Source: an uncultured Candidatus Saccharibacteria bacterium | Lineage (GTDB): Bacteria; Patescibacteriota; Saccharimonadia; Saccharimonadales; Saccharimonadaceae | DNA: 45,553 nucleotides | Direction: 5' to 3' | Assembly (NCBI GenBank): GCA_947306585.1 | Contig: CAMZGX010000001.1 | Span: forward strand, 1 to 45,553 | In this document: piece after piece, positions 7,943-18,070 of the stretch | How positions within the stretch are numbered: position 1 is the first letter of the stretch | Layout: each line of letters begins with the position of its first letter | Position numbers and translations under genes: made by a program | The notes under the pieces: generated by a model | Databases searched by the model: none | Told to the model about the DNA's origin: nothing | Seen by the model: the letters and a program-made list of their open reading frames with translations, nothing else

Positions 7943-8575
7943 TTATAGCATTTTTTCAGGATTCTGCATCTCTTGAGTTTGTGCAGCTGACTGATTAAGA
8001 GCAGCAGTCATTTGCTCAGTGTTATATCCTTGCTCTTTAAGCTTAGCATCGATTTGTTCAGAATTATCACGAAGAGCTTGTTTAACTTCTTCAGCCTTAG
8101 TTGGATCGGAAAGAGTTTCAAGACTTTCCTTCATTTCAGCTTTTTCTTGACCGGTCATTTTTGCATCAACTGCGGCGTTTGCTAGTTTACCAATAATACC
8201 ATCATCATTCATGATATTATTCATTATTTGGACTGCTGGCTGCGCAGCATCGAGTTGATTTGCCATAGCTTCGCCAACCGTGTCTGCTGGAGCGGTTTGT
8301 GCTGGATCTGCTTGTATTGGAGCTGCTTGAACTTGAGTCTTGGCAGTAGGTGTTGCTTGGACTGGTGCGGTTTGTAGAACTGCTGGATTTTCGTCTTTCT
8401 TTGCAAGGCTATCTTTTACAGCATCACCGGCCTCGCCAACTTTTTCTTTTGTACCTTGAATTGCGCCACGAACAGCATCGCGCGCATCACTTCTAATTTC
8501 AGAGCGGATTTCGTCTTTTACTGCATACTTTGCATCTTTTAATGCATCTTTGAAGATATCTCCTAGGAATCCCAT
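7943..8575 (-). CDS. Hypothetical amphipathic-helical, A/Q/D/K-rich protein
   Basis: 210-aa ORF with host-like codon usage; PxQA repeats in the linker. Confidence 0.75.
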   Translation of the reverse strand: MGFLGDIFKDALKDAKYAVKDEIRSEIRSDARDAVRGAIQGTKEKVGEAGDAVKDSLAKKDENPAVLQTAPVQATPTAKTQVQAAPIQADPAQTAPADTVGEAMANQLDAAQPAVQIMNNIMNDDGIIGKLANAAVDAKMTGQEKAEMKESLETLSDPTKAEEVKQALRDNSEQIDAKLKEQGYNTEQMTAALNQSAAQTQEMQNPEKML

Positions 8576-8687
8576 CTTGTTTTTTGCCTTGTTTATTTTT
8601 GATGAATATAGCTAAATTATACCATAAGCAAAAATAAAAGCATGATATAATAAGCATAAGAAAAAATAGTTAATTGAAAGGAAAAGA

Positions 8688-9638
8688 ATGCTTTGTCCAA
8701 ATTGTAAGACAGAGAATAGTGATGCGGCAAATTTCTGTACTAATTGCCGTGCAAACCTCAAAGAAACAATAACTCCAGAAACAGCTTCAGCAGCTCCTGT
8801 CACTGAACCAGTTGCTCCTGCAACATCTGCTGCACCAGCCACTCCAGTAGCTACTCCAGCAGCTTCAAGTGAAAAACCAAATTTTATTGCAACTATGATT
8901 GGTGTTTGTCTTAAGCCAATGACAACTTTCAAGGAAAATCTTCCAAAGTTTAATAATCCGAAAAATGCAGGTATCATTGCCCTTATTATCGTTGCTGCAA
9001 TGACTATCCTTTCAACTATTACAACCGTTGTCGGTATCGTTTATTCAAAAGATTGCGTAAAGAACTGTTCAACTTTTAGTTACAAATTCTATTCCGACGA
9101 AGATGATGACGATAAGGCAGTTTACGAAACAAAATGGGAATGGAAGAAACTTAAAAACTATGACTGGTTCAAGAATGTTGGTCAAACCTTCCTTATGAAT
9201 GCACTTACCGTTGCAATCCTTTCTGGCGCATACTTCGGCATGTCAAAGGCATTTAAATCGAAGACTGCAAACATTTGGCGCATGGTTACCGTAGTTGCTC
9301 TTGGCCTCATCCCAATGACCGTTACAGCATTTATCGCACCAATTCTTGGTGGCCTCAACTTAACTATCGGCGGCATTATCAACTGGGCAGGTATGCTTTA
9401 TTCATTCGCTATTATCCTCGTTGGTCTTAACGAAGAATCTGGTGTCGAAGGCGATAAGAAGGTTTACCTCAACATTGCATCAGCAGCTTGTATCGTTCTT
9501 GCATACTACATCGTCTTCCGCTTCATGTACGGCGAAATTGCTGGTAAAGCATTTGAAACTTATCTCCAACTTGGTACCGGAACAACCAACTTGGGTGGTT
9601 TGAGTTCAGATATTGATTTAAAGAGTCTTAAATACTAG
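8688..9638 (+). CDS. Zinc-ribbon plus Yip1-like multi-TM protein
   Basis: CPNC..FCTNC, AP/T-rich linker, about 5 TM segments. Confidence 0.75.
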   Translation: MLCPNCKTENSDAANFCTNCRANLKETITPETASAAPVTEPVAPATSAAPATPVATPAASSEKPNFIATMIGVCLKPMTTFKENLPKFNNPKNAGIIALIIVAAMTILSTITTVVGIVYSKDCVKNCSTFSYKFYSDEDDDDKAVYETKWEWKKLKNYDWFKNVGQTFLMNALTVAILSGAYFGMSKAFKSKTANIWRMVTVVALGLIPMTVTAFIAPILGGLNLTIGGIINWAGMLYSFAIILVGLNEESGVEGDKKVYLNIASAACIVLAYYIVFRFMYGEIAGKAFETYLQLGTGTTNLGGLSSDIDLKSLKY

Positions 9639-9653
9639 TTCTATTAGGTGGGC

Positions 9654-12395
9654 ATGATGGAAGGGAAAAAATACTGTTCAAACTGTGGTGAAGAATTAAA
9701 GTTAGACGCAAAGTTTTGTGCTAACTGTGGAGCAGGCGTGAAGCCGGCAGAAACGCCGGCGCCTGCCGAAGCTGAAAAGACTTCATTCACGGATTCGATC
9801 GCCAAGAACAATCCTTTCCCAGCCCTCTTTAAAAAATCTAAAGAGTTCTTGATTAAACATAAAAAACCGGTGATTATTTCTGCGAGTGCGCTTGCAGTTA
9901 TAATCATTGGCATTGTTCTGTTTAATGCCCTTTGGGATTTTACGAAACTTGAATGGGATAATGAGTATCCTGCTGTAAATATGAAATATACGGCTGGCCG
10001 TGAGCTCGAACTAAATGTTATTGCTGAAGATAAGGAACATAATAAAATCGAAAGCGTTAGCTTCGAGGTCTCAGGTGGTGATGTTGAAGTTGATGGTACA
10101 AAAGCAACTTGGACGCTTCCAGAAGATACTGGCGATTATAAAATCACAGCCATTGCTCCAAGTGGCAAACGTATCGAGAAAACTATTAAACGCATTATCA
10201 CCAAAGAAGAGGATTATAAACACCTTGGTGGCTTAATTCAAGAAGAAGTAGATGACGAAGCGGCTGATAATGATGGTGACGGCTTAACAAATGCTGACGA
10301 AAAAGAGCGTGGCACTAATCCAAATCTCGCTGATTCCGATATGGATGGCTTGATTGATTCATATGAAATTAAAGAATCAAAAACTGATCCACTAAAGGCT
10401 GATACGGATGGTGATGGTCTTTGGGATGGTGATGAAATTGCGCTTGGCCTCAACCCACTTTCCGAGACTTCTAAGGACGATAATATTAAAGATGGTGAGC
10501 GTGAATTAACTTATACTTTTGAAGAAAATGGTATTACTGTTGAAATTAATGGTAAGGGAAATATTGCCAGCTCTTCAGTAGATATTACAAAAAATGCTAG
10601 CCTCGAAAATGTTGAAGGTTTGCTCGGTGATGTTTATAATTTCAGCACTTCCGGTAAACTGCAAAATGCTAAAGTTGTTATTAAATATGATGAGAATAAG
10701 CTAAGAGAAAAGGGAATTAAAGAAGAAGATTTGACCCTTTATTATCTCAATGATGAAACCAAAGAACTTGAAAAAGTTACCGGCACTGTAAATCCTAGTG
10801 CTAATACGATTACAGTTGAGCTCAAGCATTTTAGCAAATACATTCTCGGTGGTAAAACTGTTGAAAGTAAAGTGCTTGCTGTTAATATTATGTTTGTGAT
10901 CGACAACTCCGGTTCAATGTATACCGAGAAGCAAGCCCATGAAGCTGGTTACGACAACGCAACTGGTGCAGTTGGTAATGATGCAAACTTCAAACGTCTC
11001 AGCCTTTCTAAGTCAATGATTGAAAAAATGACCGGAAGCTTTAAATTTGGCGTTGCTGAATTCTCTGGAAACTACGTAAATCTTCAGAAATTTACCGGAG
11101 ATAAAGAATCTGCTAAAGCTGCCGTTGAAAAAATGCGCATGAATTGGAGCACTAATACTAATGGTACGAATATTACTGAAGCATTAAAATCTGGTATTAA
11201 GGAATTCTCAGATGATAAAACTGCGCATTACATGATTCTTTTGACTGACGGTAAGGATACCTACAGCAAGTTATCTTATAGCAAATCTGATATTATCAAA
11301 TCCGCTAAACAAAACAACGTTAAAGTTTGTACAATTGGGCTTGGTTCTAACGTTGATACTGCAATCTTAAATGAAGTTTCTGAAAGTACAGGCTGTGATT
11401 ACTATAATGCCAACGATGATAAGGCCCTTGATGAAATCTTCAATATCATCGGCGCAGATATTAACTTCGGTTACGAAGATACTAATAAGGATGATAAAAC
11501 CGATGGCATGATTATGGCTGACTCTGGTTTTATTACTACACGTGATGGCTTCTCCTTCCATAACTATACGAGTGAGAAAAGCGCTGGGGGCCATTGTTAT
11601 GGTATGGCAGCCTTCGCAGAAGCAAGATTTATCGGCACGCTTCCAACTAAGCTTTCTAGTCGTTCTGTGAAATATCACATCGTAAAAACTATGAATGCTG
11701 ATGGCTACGATTTGTCTGATACCTACTTTGCTGGCTCTGGCAGCTTATATGACTATGAATTTACTACGCCAATGTTAAAGTATGTTATTCAGGATAGGTC
11801 AGTTCCTGATGATTATCGTGATCGCGTAGAAGATGGTACTTGGATGATTAAAAAAGAATACTATGATGAGATGGACAATCTTGGTTTCAACCTCTATATC
11901 CGCGATGCTAAAGACAATGAAAAGAATGATGAAATTAAGAAAGTCCAAGGCGCACAGCTTCGTGAGAATAATGAAAAACTTACCAAAAATGCTAAGGCTG
12001 ATGACGCTGTATTACTTGATGCGATCTGGAGACTCTTTATTACGCAAGTTTCTAGCGACACAAAAAAGACTAGCTTCACGGCTGATCCAGATAAGGCTTG
12101 GGCACTCTTAAAAACTAAACTAGAAAGCGGTGATCCTACCGTGATTGGCATAAATGACAATCATGCTATTAATGCAATCAAACTAGTCCAAGACAATAAC
12201 GACTCAAACGTCTTCAAATTAGCAGTTTATGATAATAACTATCCGGGTGAAACTAGATATATTGAGATTAAACGAAAGAAGATGAATAAAATTGCTCTTA
12301 GCTATACGAATTGGGTCAACGAATACTCATATAGCTTCACTTATGACGGCGAGGCATTATCAGCAATGTCAGTATCGGCAATTAGCCTACAATAA
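9654..12395 (+). CDS. Zinc-ribbon, TM-anchored surface protein with DxDxDG repeats, VWA domain and putative papain-like C-terminal domain
   Basis: CSNC..FCANC; TM; DNDGDG, DSDMDG, DTDGDG; MIDAS DNSGS..T..LLTDG; GGHCYGMA...HAINA...VYDNN. Confidence 0.8.
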   Translation: MMEGKKYCSNCGEELKLDAKFCANCGAGVKPAETPAPAEAEKTSFTDSIAKNNPFPALFKKSKEFLIKHKKPVIISASALAVIIIGIVLFNALWDFTKLEWDNEYPAVNMKYTAGRELELNVIAEDKEHNKIESVSFEVSGGDVEVDGTKATWTLPEDTGDYKITAIAPSGKRIEKTIKRIITKEEDYKHLGGLIQEEVDDEAADNDGDGLTNADEKERGTNPNLADSDMDGLIDSYEIKESKTDPLKADTDGDGLWDGDEIALGLNPLSETSKDDNIKDGERELTYTFEENGITVEINGKGNIASSSVDITKNASLENVEGLLGDVYNFSTSGKLQNAKVVIKYDENKLREKGIKEEDLTLYYLNDETKELEKVTGTVNPSANTITVELKHFSKYILGGKTVESKVLAVNIMFVIDNSGSMYTEKQAHEAGYDNATGAVGNDANFKRLSLSKSMIEKMTGSFKFGVAEFSGNYVNLQKFTGDKESAKAAVEKMRMNWSTNTNGTNITEALKSGIKEFSDDKTAHYMILLTDGKDTYSKLSYSKSDIIKSAKQNNVKVCTIGLGSNVDTAILNEVSESTGCDYYNANDDKALDEIFNIIGADINFGYEDTNKDDKTDGMIMADSGFITTRDGFSFHNYTSEKSAGGHCYGMAAFAEARFIGTLPTKLSSRSVKYHIVKTMNADGYDLSDTYFAGSGSLYDYEFTTPMLKYVIQDRSVPDDYRDRVEDGTWMIKKEYYDEMDNLGFNLYIRDAKDNEKNDEIKKVQGAQLRENNEKLTKNAKADDAVLLDAIWRLFITQVSSDTKKTSFTADPDKAWALLKTKLESGDPTVIGINDNHAINAIKLVQDNNDSNVFKLAVYDNNYPGETRYIEIKRKKMNKIALSYTNWVNEYSYSFTYDGEALSAMSVSAISLQ

Positions 12396-12409
12396 TATAC
12401 AAAATATTC

Positions 12410-12458
12410 ATCATATGATATAATTTCCTTAGAACTAAAATACGGTTCTAAGGAAATT
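12410..12458 (+). promoter_or_regulatory. murA promoter with palindrome and 14-bp inverted repeat
   Basis: ATCATATGAT palindrome 12410-12419 overlapping TGaTATAAT; AATTTCCTTAGAAC/GTTCTAAGGAAATT at 12422-12458. Confidence 0.6.
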
Positions 12459-12461
12459 TTT

Positions 12462-14012
12462 ATGAAAAAAGAGCTAACATATCAACAAGAAATTGGACGC
12501 GTTATTGAGGGGATGCGCAAAGAGAAAGGCTATACTCAAGCTGAGCTTGCAAAACGTATTGGCACTTCTCAGTCCGCAATTCACCGCATTGAAAAAGGTG
12601 ATCAAAACATCTCACTCGAGATGGTAAAAAAGGTCTCCCAAGAACTTGGTGGTCAAATTCTCTCTATAAATGATTCATCATCTCAAAGTTATCGCATTAA
12701 TGGTGGCAAGACTCTATCTGGTGAAATCACCATTAACACCTCAAAGAACGCCGCAGTCGGCCTTCTTTGTGCTGCTCTTTTGAATTCCGGAAAAACCGTT
12801 CTTCATCACGTTGCTCGCATCGAGGAAGTCTTCCGTATTATCGAGGTTCTCGAATCGGTTGGTGTAAAATGTCGCTGGGTTAACCGCCGTAAAGATCTTG
12901 AAATTATATCACCAAAAGAATTGAATCTTAAGAATCTCGATGTTGAAGCTGCTCGTAGAACCCGTTCGATTATCATGTTTATGGGTCCGCTTCTTCATAA
13001 ATTCAAAAAGTTCGAGCTTCCATATGCTGGTGGCTGTTCACTTGGTACTAGAACCGTTGATCCACATCTTCGCGCACTTTCTTCATATGGTCTTGAGATT
13101 GATGCAAAGCAAAAGACCGGTTTTTATGAAGCAACTGTTGATCAGACATTATTAAAATCTAAAGCTCCAAAGAAAATCGTTTTGATTGAACGTGGCGATA
13201 CTGTTACTGAAAACGTTTTGATGGCCGCCGCACTTTATCCAGGCAAAACTACCATCATCGGTGCATCACCAAACTACATGGTGCAGGATGTTTGTTTCTT
13301 CCTCGAAAAACTTGGCGTTAAAATCAAGGGTATTGGTTCAACCACTCTTGAAGTTACTGGTGTTGAAAAAATCAATAAAGATATCGAATACTGGCCAAGT
13401 GAAGATCCAATTGAATGTATGAGCTTTATTGCAGCCGCACTTGTCACGAAGTCTGAAATTACAATTACTCGTGCTCCAATTGAGTTCCTTGAAATCGAGC
13501 TTGAAGTTCTTAAATCAATGAACGCAAAGATCGAACTTTCTGAAGAGTATAAGTCTAGAAACGAAAAGACTCGTTTGGTTGACCTTACGATCAAGAAATC
13601 AAATCTTAAGGCACCAATGGATAAAATTCACCCAATGCCATTCCCAGGCCTTAATATTGATAACCTCCCGTTCTTTGGTGTGATTGCAGCTGTTGCTGAA
13701 GGCCGTACTTTGATCCATGACTGGGTGTTTGAAAACCGCGCAATCTATACCAGCTATCTCGCAAACTTGAATGCAAAAGTAGAATTGCTTGATGCGCACC
13801 GTGTTTACGTTGAGGGTCCAACCAACTGGCGTCCAGCCGAACTCGTTGCTCCTCCAGCACTTCGTCCAGCAGTTGTGATTTTGATCGCTATGTTGGCTGC
13901 TCCAGGTACATCTATTTTGAGAAATATCTATTCAATTTCTCGTGGCTACCAAGATTTCGCTCGTCGTCTTAATCACTTAGGAGCAGACATTCAACCATTG
14001 GCTGGCATTTAA
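12462..14012 (+). CDS. murA: UDP-N-acetylglucosamine 1-carboxyvinyltransferase with N-terminal XRE HTH
   Basis: TQAELAKRIGTSQSAIHRIEKG HTH; SKNAA; GGCSLGTRTVDPH (catalytic Cys); FENR; RGY. Confidence 0.95.
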   Translation: MKKELTYQQEIGRVIEGMRKEKGYTQAELAKRIGTSQSAIHRIEKGDQNISLEMVKKVSQELGGQILSINDSSSQSYRINGGKTLSGEITINTSKNAAVGLLCAALLNSGKTVLHHVARIEEVFRIIEVLESVGVKCRWVNRRKDLEIISPKELNLKNLDVEAARRTRSIIMFMGPLLHKFKKFELPYAGGCSLGTRTVDPHLRALSSYGLEIDAKQKTGFYEATVDQTLLKSKAPKKIVLIERGDTVTENVLMAAALYPGKTTIIGASPNYMVQDVCFFLEKLGVKIKGIGSTTLEVTGVEKINKDIEYWPSEDPIECMSFIAAALVTKSEITITRAPIEFLEIELEVLKSMNAKIELSEEYKSRNEKTRLVDLTIKKSNLKAPMDKIHPMPFPGLNIDNLPFFGVIAAVAEGRTLIHDWVFENRAIYTSYLANLNAKVELLDAHRVYVEGPTNWRPAELVAPPALRPAVVILIAMLAAPGTSILRNIYSISRGYQDFARRLNHLGADIQPLAGI

Positions 14013-14028
14013 TGCTATAATGGTTAGT

Positions 14029-16107
14029 ATGTTTACGGAGGGATTAAATAAAGAACAAGCCAAAGCTGTCGAAACGACTGAAGGTCCAGTCTTGATTTTG
14101 GCTGGCGCAGGTTCTGGCAAAACTAAAACCCTCACTCATCGCATCGCAAATCTTTTAAATAACGGCATTTCTGAGCGTGAAATTCTTGCGGTCACCTTTA
14201 CTAATAAAGCTGCAAGGGAAATGCGCGAACGTCTTTGGAATCTTTTGTACCCAGAAAGATTTGATGAAGTTCCACGCGAATTTATGCCATACATGGGTAC
14301 ATTCCATTCGATTTGTGTAAAGATTTTACGTATCGAACATGAAGCCGTAAATCTCGATCAGAATTTCGTGATTTACGATATGGATGATCAGATTTCTTTA
14401 ATTAAACGTGCATTTAAAGAACTTGGAATTGATACTAAATATCTGAAACCTAAAGCTGTTCAATCGATTATTTCTCACATTAAAAACTCTGGCGAAACGA
14501 TTGAAGATTATGAAGCTGAGGCTGTATATCCAAACCAGAAAAACACTGCAAAAGTTTTCCGTCTTTATGAGAAGATGAAAGCTGAATCAAACGCGTTGGA
14601 TTTTGATGATCTTTTGATTCGCGTAGCTGATTTGTTTGATCGCAATATTATGGTCCGCAAAAAATGGCAGGATAAATTCAAGCATATTTTGATTGATGAG
14701 TATCAGGATACGAACCATATTCAGTACCGTTTAGTAAAGGCACTTGTTAATGAAAAACGTAATATTTGTGTAGTTGGTGATGACTGGCAATCAATTTATT
14801 CATGGCGTGGTGCTGACTTTACTAATATTTTGAATTTCGAAAAAGATTTTCCAGGTGCAGTTGTAATTAAACTCGAACAAAACTATCGCTCAACTGGTAA
14901 TATTTTGAAAGCCTCACAAAAGGTTATTAACTGTAATAAAACCAGAACCGATAAAACTTTGTTTACTGAAGCTGGTGACGGTGAACCAGTTGATATTGAA
15001 AAACTTGATGACGAAGGTCGCGAGGCAAAATTTGTCGCTTTCAAAATCGCAACCATGGCAAGGTCACGTGACTACTCAGATTTTGCCGTTTTATATCGCA
15101 CGAACGCACAATCTTATAACTTTGAGAAAGCTTTTATTGATTTACATATTCCATATAAAATCGTTGGTGGCGTTCGCTTCTATGATCGCAAGGAAATTAA
15201 AGATACGCTCGCAATTTTGAAAGTTTTAGTAAATCCAGCTGATCGCGTTTCATTTGAACGTGTTTGCAAAAATGTACTTTCTGGTGTTGGCGCAGCATCG
15301 ATTACAAAAATGCTGACCGCTATGGATGGATTTACTGGCGGAAATATTTTCAAAGATGCGGATATTTCAGAAGTTCTTTCCGGTAAAGCGAAACTTGGGG
15401 TTGAGAAACTAGTAAACTTTATCCGTGGCGTTGATTTGGAGTCAGAGCCAAGCGAAATCGTTTTGTCAGCAATCCAAAAATTCGGCATGATTGAAAAAGT
15501 CCAGGATGGTACGCCAGCTGGTGACGAACGTGTCTTAAACCTTAATACCATGGTTTCTAATGCAGCTGAATTTGAAACGCTTGATGAATTTTTGGCAGAG
15601 GCAGTTTTGATGTCGTCAGCCGATGAAGAAACTGCAAAAAACTCGGTCACTTTAATGACGCTTCATGCTGCAAAGGGCCTTGAATTCCCGGTGGTCTTTA
15701 TCGTTGGTATGGAAGAAGGTTTATTCCCATCCATGCATGATGATACAGAAGCTGAACTTGAAGAGGAGCGTCGCTTAGCGTATGTCGGCATGACTCGTGC
15801 AAAGGAAAAATTATTCTTAACTTATGCTTCAAGTCGCTATGCAATGGGGCAAAGAAGCTATAATTTGCCGTCGAGGTTCTTAACTGAGCTTGGCTATAAT
15901 CCTTATCAGGGTCAAGGTGGACAATATGCAAATGAATCTTATGATGCAGTTGACGAGGAATATGATCCATATGCTCCACATGAAAAACGTGTTAAAAAAC
16001 CATACGATCCATTCCAAAGATTTTATAAGAAACCAAATTTAAACAATAATAATGACTGGAAAGACGATATTGAATACGATAATATCGATCCATTTCCGGA
16101 TTATTAA
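14029..16107 (+). CDS. pcrA: ATP-dependent DNA helicase PcrA/UvrD
   Basis: AGAGSGKT, TFTNKAA, DEYQD, GDDWQSIYSWRGA, TLHAAKGLEF, EERRLAYVGMTRA. Confidence 0.96.
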   Translation: MFTEGLNKEQAKAVETTEGPVLILAGAGSGKTKTLTHRIANLLNNGISEREILAVTFTNKAAREMRERLWNLLYPERFDEVPREFMPYMGTFHSICVKILRIEHEAVNLDQNFVIYDMDDQISLIKRAFKELGIDTKYLKPKAVQSIISHIKNSGETIEDYEAEAVYPNQKNTAKVFRLYEKMKAESNALDFDDLLIRVADLFDRNIMVRKKWQDKFKHILIDEYQDTNHIQYRLVKALVNEKRNICVVGDDWQSIYSWRGADFTNILNFEKDFPGAVVIKLEQNYRSTGNILKASQKVINCNKTRTDKTLFTEAGDGEPVDIEKLDDEGREAKFVAFKIATMARSRDYSDFAVLYRTNAQSYNFEKAFIDLHIPYKIVGGVRFYDRKEIKDTLAILKVLVNPADRVSFERVCKNVLSGVGAASITKMLTAMDGFTGGNIFKDADISEVLSGKAKLGVEKLVNFIRGVDLESEPSEIVLSAIQKFGMIEKVQDGTPAGDERVLNLNTMVSNAAEFETLDEFLAEAVLMSSADEETAKNSVTLMTLHAAKGLEFPVVFIVGMEEGLFPSMHDDTEAELEEERRLAYVGMTRAKEKLFLTYASSRYAMGQRSYNLPSRFLTELGYNPYQGQGGQYANESYDAVDEEYDPYAPHEKRVKKPYDPFQRFYKKPNLNNNNDWKDDIEYDNIDPFPDY

Positions 16108-16131
16108 AAACATATGTTATAATGGTTACGT

Positions 16132-17235
16132 ATGAAACTGCGTGAGTCTACTATTTCTGTAGCTCGATTATCTTATATCGGGACTTTTGCCCTCGTTGGC
16201 ATGATTTTTGGCGCTCTCGTTGTAAGTAATATTTCTAGAACTCATGCCGAAAGCGTAGCTGAAGCTGTTGAAAATGAAGATACTGAGACAATTTCCGATA
16301 ATCACTTTGTTACTTTCCATGAAAATGGTAACAGTCTAACTATTAAGACAGACGCAAAAACCGTTGAAGAAGCAATTGGCCGCGCTAAGATCGACCTTGC
16401 TGATGCTGATATTGTCGATCCAGCTCGCACTGAAAAAATTAATTCAGATAATTATCATATTAATATCTACCGCGCTCGTCCAGTAATTGTTACAGATGGC
16501 GTAACCAAGAAATATTTAATGTCCGCAAGCTATGACAGGGAAACCGTAGCAAAACAAGCTGGCTTTACCGTTTATGATGGCGATAAAATCGAACTCAAAG
16601 AAGATCAAACCAATATTCTAGAGACCGGTCTTACTGAAACCTATGTCATTAAGCATGGCGGCGGTGCAACTATTACAGTTGAAGAAGAAATACCTTATAC
16701 TGAAAAAACTGAACCAGATAGCTCACTTGACGCTGGCCAACAAAAAGTTAAGCAGATCGGTGAACTTGGTACTCGTGTTACTACTTACAAAGTAAAATTC
16801 AAAGACGGCGAGGAAGTTGAACGCGTAAAAGTTTCTGAAAAAGTCACCAAAGAACCAGTCGAAAAAATTACCGCAGTTGGTACCAAGGTAGCTGGCGTAA
16901 CCGCTAACCCAGATCGTGCAACTTGTGAATCATGGATGCGTGCAGCTGGTATTTCCGAAAGTGATATGGAAGTCGCCTACACCTTAATCTGGCATGAGTC
17001 AAAGTGTCGTTATAATGCAAGAAACGCTAGCTCCGGAGCTTACGGTATTCCACAATCACTTCCTGGCTCAAAGATGGCATCTGCTGGTTCAGATTGGGAA
17101 ACTAACCCAGTGACCCAAATTAAATGGATGATTTCTTACGTTAATGGCCGTTATGGTGGCTGGCAACAGGCTTGGTCGTTCTGGAACTGTATCGGTCAAT
17201 GCGGTAGAGTATATAAAACTACAACATGGTATTAA
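16132..17235 (+). CDS. DUF348/G5 plus lytic-transglycosylase-like protein (YabE/RpfB-like)
   Basis: TM anchor, ubiquitin-like repeats, G5 (GELG...VGT), HESK..GAYGIPQSLP..NPVTQIKW; located upstream of rsmA as in Firmicutes/Actinobacteria. Confidence 0.85.
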   Translation: MKLRESTISVARLSYIGTFALVGMIFGALVVSNISRTHAESVAEAVENEDTETISDNHFVTFHENGNSLTIKTDAKTVEEAIGRAKIDLADADIVDPARTEKINSDNYHINIYRARPVIVTDGVTKKYLMSASYDRETVAKQAGFTVYDGDKIELKEDQTNILETGLTETYVIKHGGGATITVEEEIPYTEKTEPDSSLDAGQQKVKQIGELGTRVTTYKVKFKDGEEVERVKVSEKVTKEPVEKITAVGTKVAGVTANPDRATCESWMRAAGISESDMEVAYTLIWHESKCRYNARNASSGAYGIPQSLPGSKMASAGSDWETNPVTQIKWMISYVNGRYGGWQQAWSFWNCIGQCGRVYKTTTWY

Positions 17236-17238
17236 AAT

Positions 17239-17997
17239 ATGGCATTACAGAATAATAAATCACTCGGACAACACTGGCTAAAAGATCGCGCAATTCTCGA
17301 AGAGATTGCTGATGAATCAATCGACGAGGCTTCTACTTGTCTCGAGATCGGTCCGGGTCTTGGAACTTTAACTAGCAGTTTACTTAGACGTTTTGAAAAA
17401 GTTGTTGCAGTTGAGTTTGACCCAAAACTCGCTCACAATCTTCCAAATTCATTTCCAGGTAAAAACCTCGAAGTTATTAATGAAGATTTTCTAAAATTCG
17501 ATCTAAATCGTTTACCAAAGGAATACGTTGCTTCTGGTAATATCCCTTATTACATTACTAGCCCAATTATTGAAAAACTCTTAACTGCTGAGAATAAACC
17601 GCAAAGAATTGTACTCTTGATTCAGAAAGAAGTTGCAGAGCGTATCTTGGCTGAGCCAGGAAAACACACTTATCTTTCCTTGGCTGTGCAAAACTTAGCA
17701 GAAGTTGAGCCGGGAATTATCGTACCAAAAGGTTATTTCACACCACCACCAAAAGTTGATTCTGCTACTATCATCCTTAAGCCAAGAAAGAAACCTTTGG
17801 TTGATGATGCTGTGATTCGCTTCGCTAAAAGAGGCTTTAGTAATCCACGTAAGAAGTTAATTAAGAATATTCCATACGATAAAGCCAAACTAGAACAGGC
17901 ATTTTCAGAGTTGGCATTTGATCCAAATATCCGTGCACAAGATCTTTCTCACAAACAATGGAAAGAACTTGTTGACAAAATTCTTAAATGTAGCTAA
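17239..17997 (+). CDS. rsmA: 16S rRNA adenine dimethyltransferase KsgA
   Basis: SLGQHWL, EIGPGLG, GNIPYYITSPI, QKEVAER, PPPKVDS. Confidence 0.97.
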   Translation: MALQNNKSLGQHWLKDRAILEEIADESIDEASTCLEIGPGLGTLTSSLLRRFEKVVAVEFDPKLAHNLPNSFPGKNLEVINEDFLKFDLNRLPKEYVASGNIPYYITSPIIEKLLTAENKPQRIVLLIQKEVAERILAEPGKHTYLSLAVQNLAEVEPGIIVPKGYFTPPPKVDSATIILKPRKKPLVDDAVIRFAKRGFSNPRKKLIKNIPYDKAKLEQAFSELAFDPNIRAQDLSHKQWKELVDKILKCS

Positions 17998-18000
17998 AAT
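17972..18000 (+). promoter_or_regulatory. Near-consensus sigma70 promoter for the pilin gene
   Basis: TTGACA-17 nt-TAAAAT overlapping the rsmA 3' end. Confidence 0.7.
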
Positions 18001-18070
18001 AAGCGTAAACATTATAAAAACATTGCGTACTCCTGAGGTACGGATGTTTAAAAATAAATGAAAGGATTAA

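Noticed and set aside
16132..17997. G5/transglycosylase-rsmA pairing as a novel system
   Set aside because: Matches the well-known yabE/rpfB-ksgA synteny.
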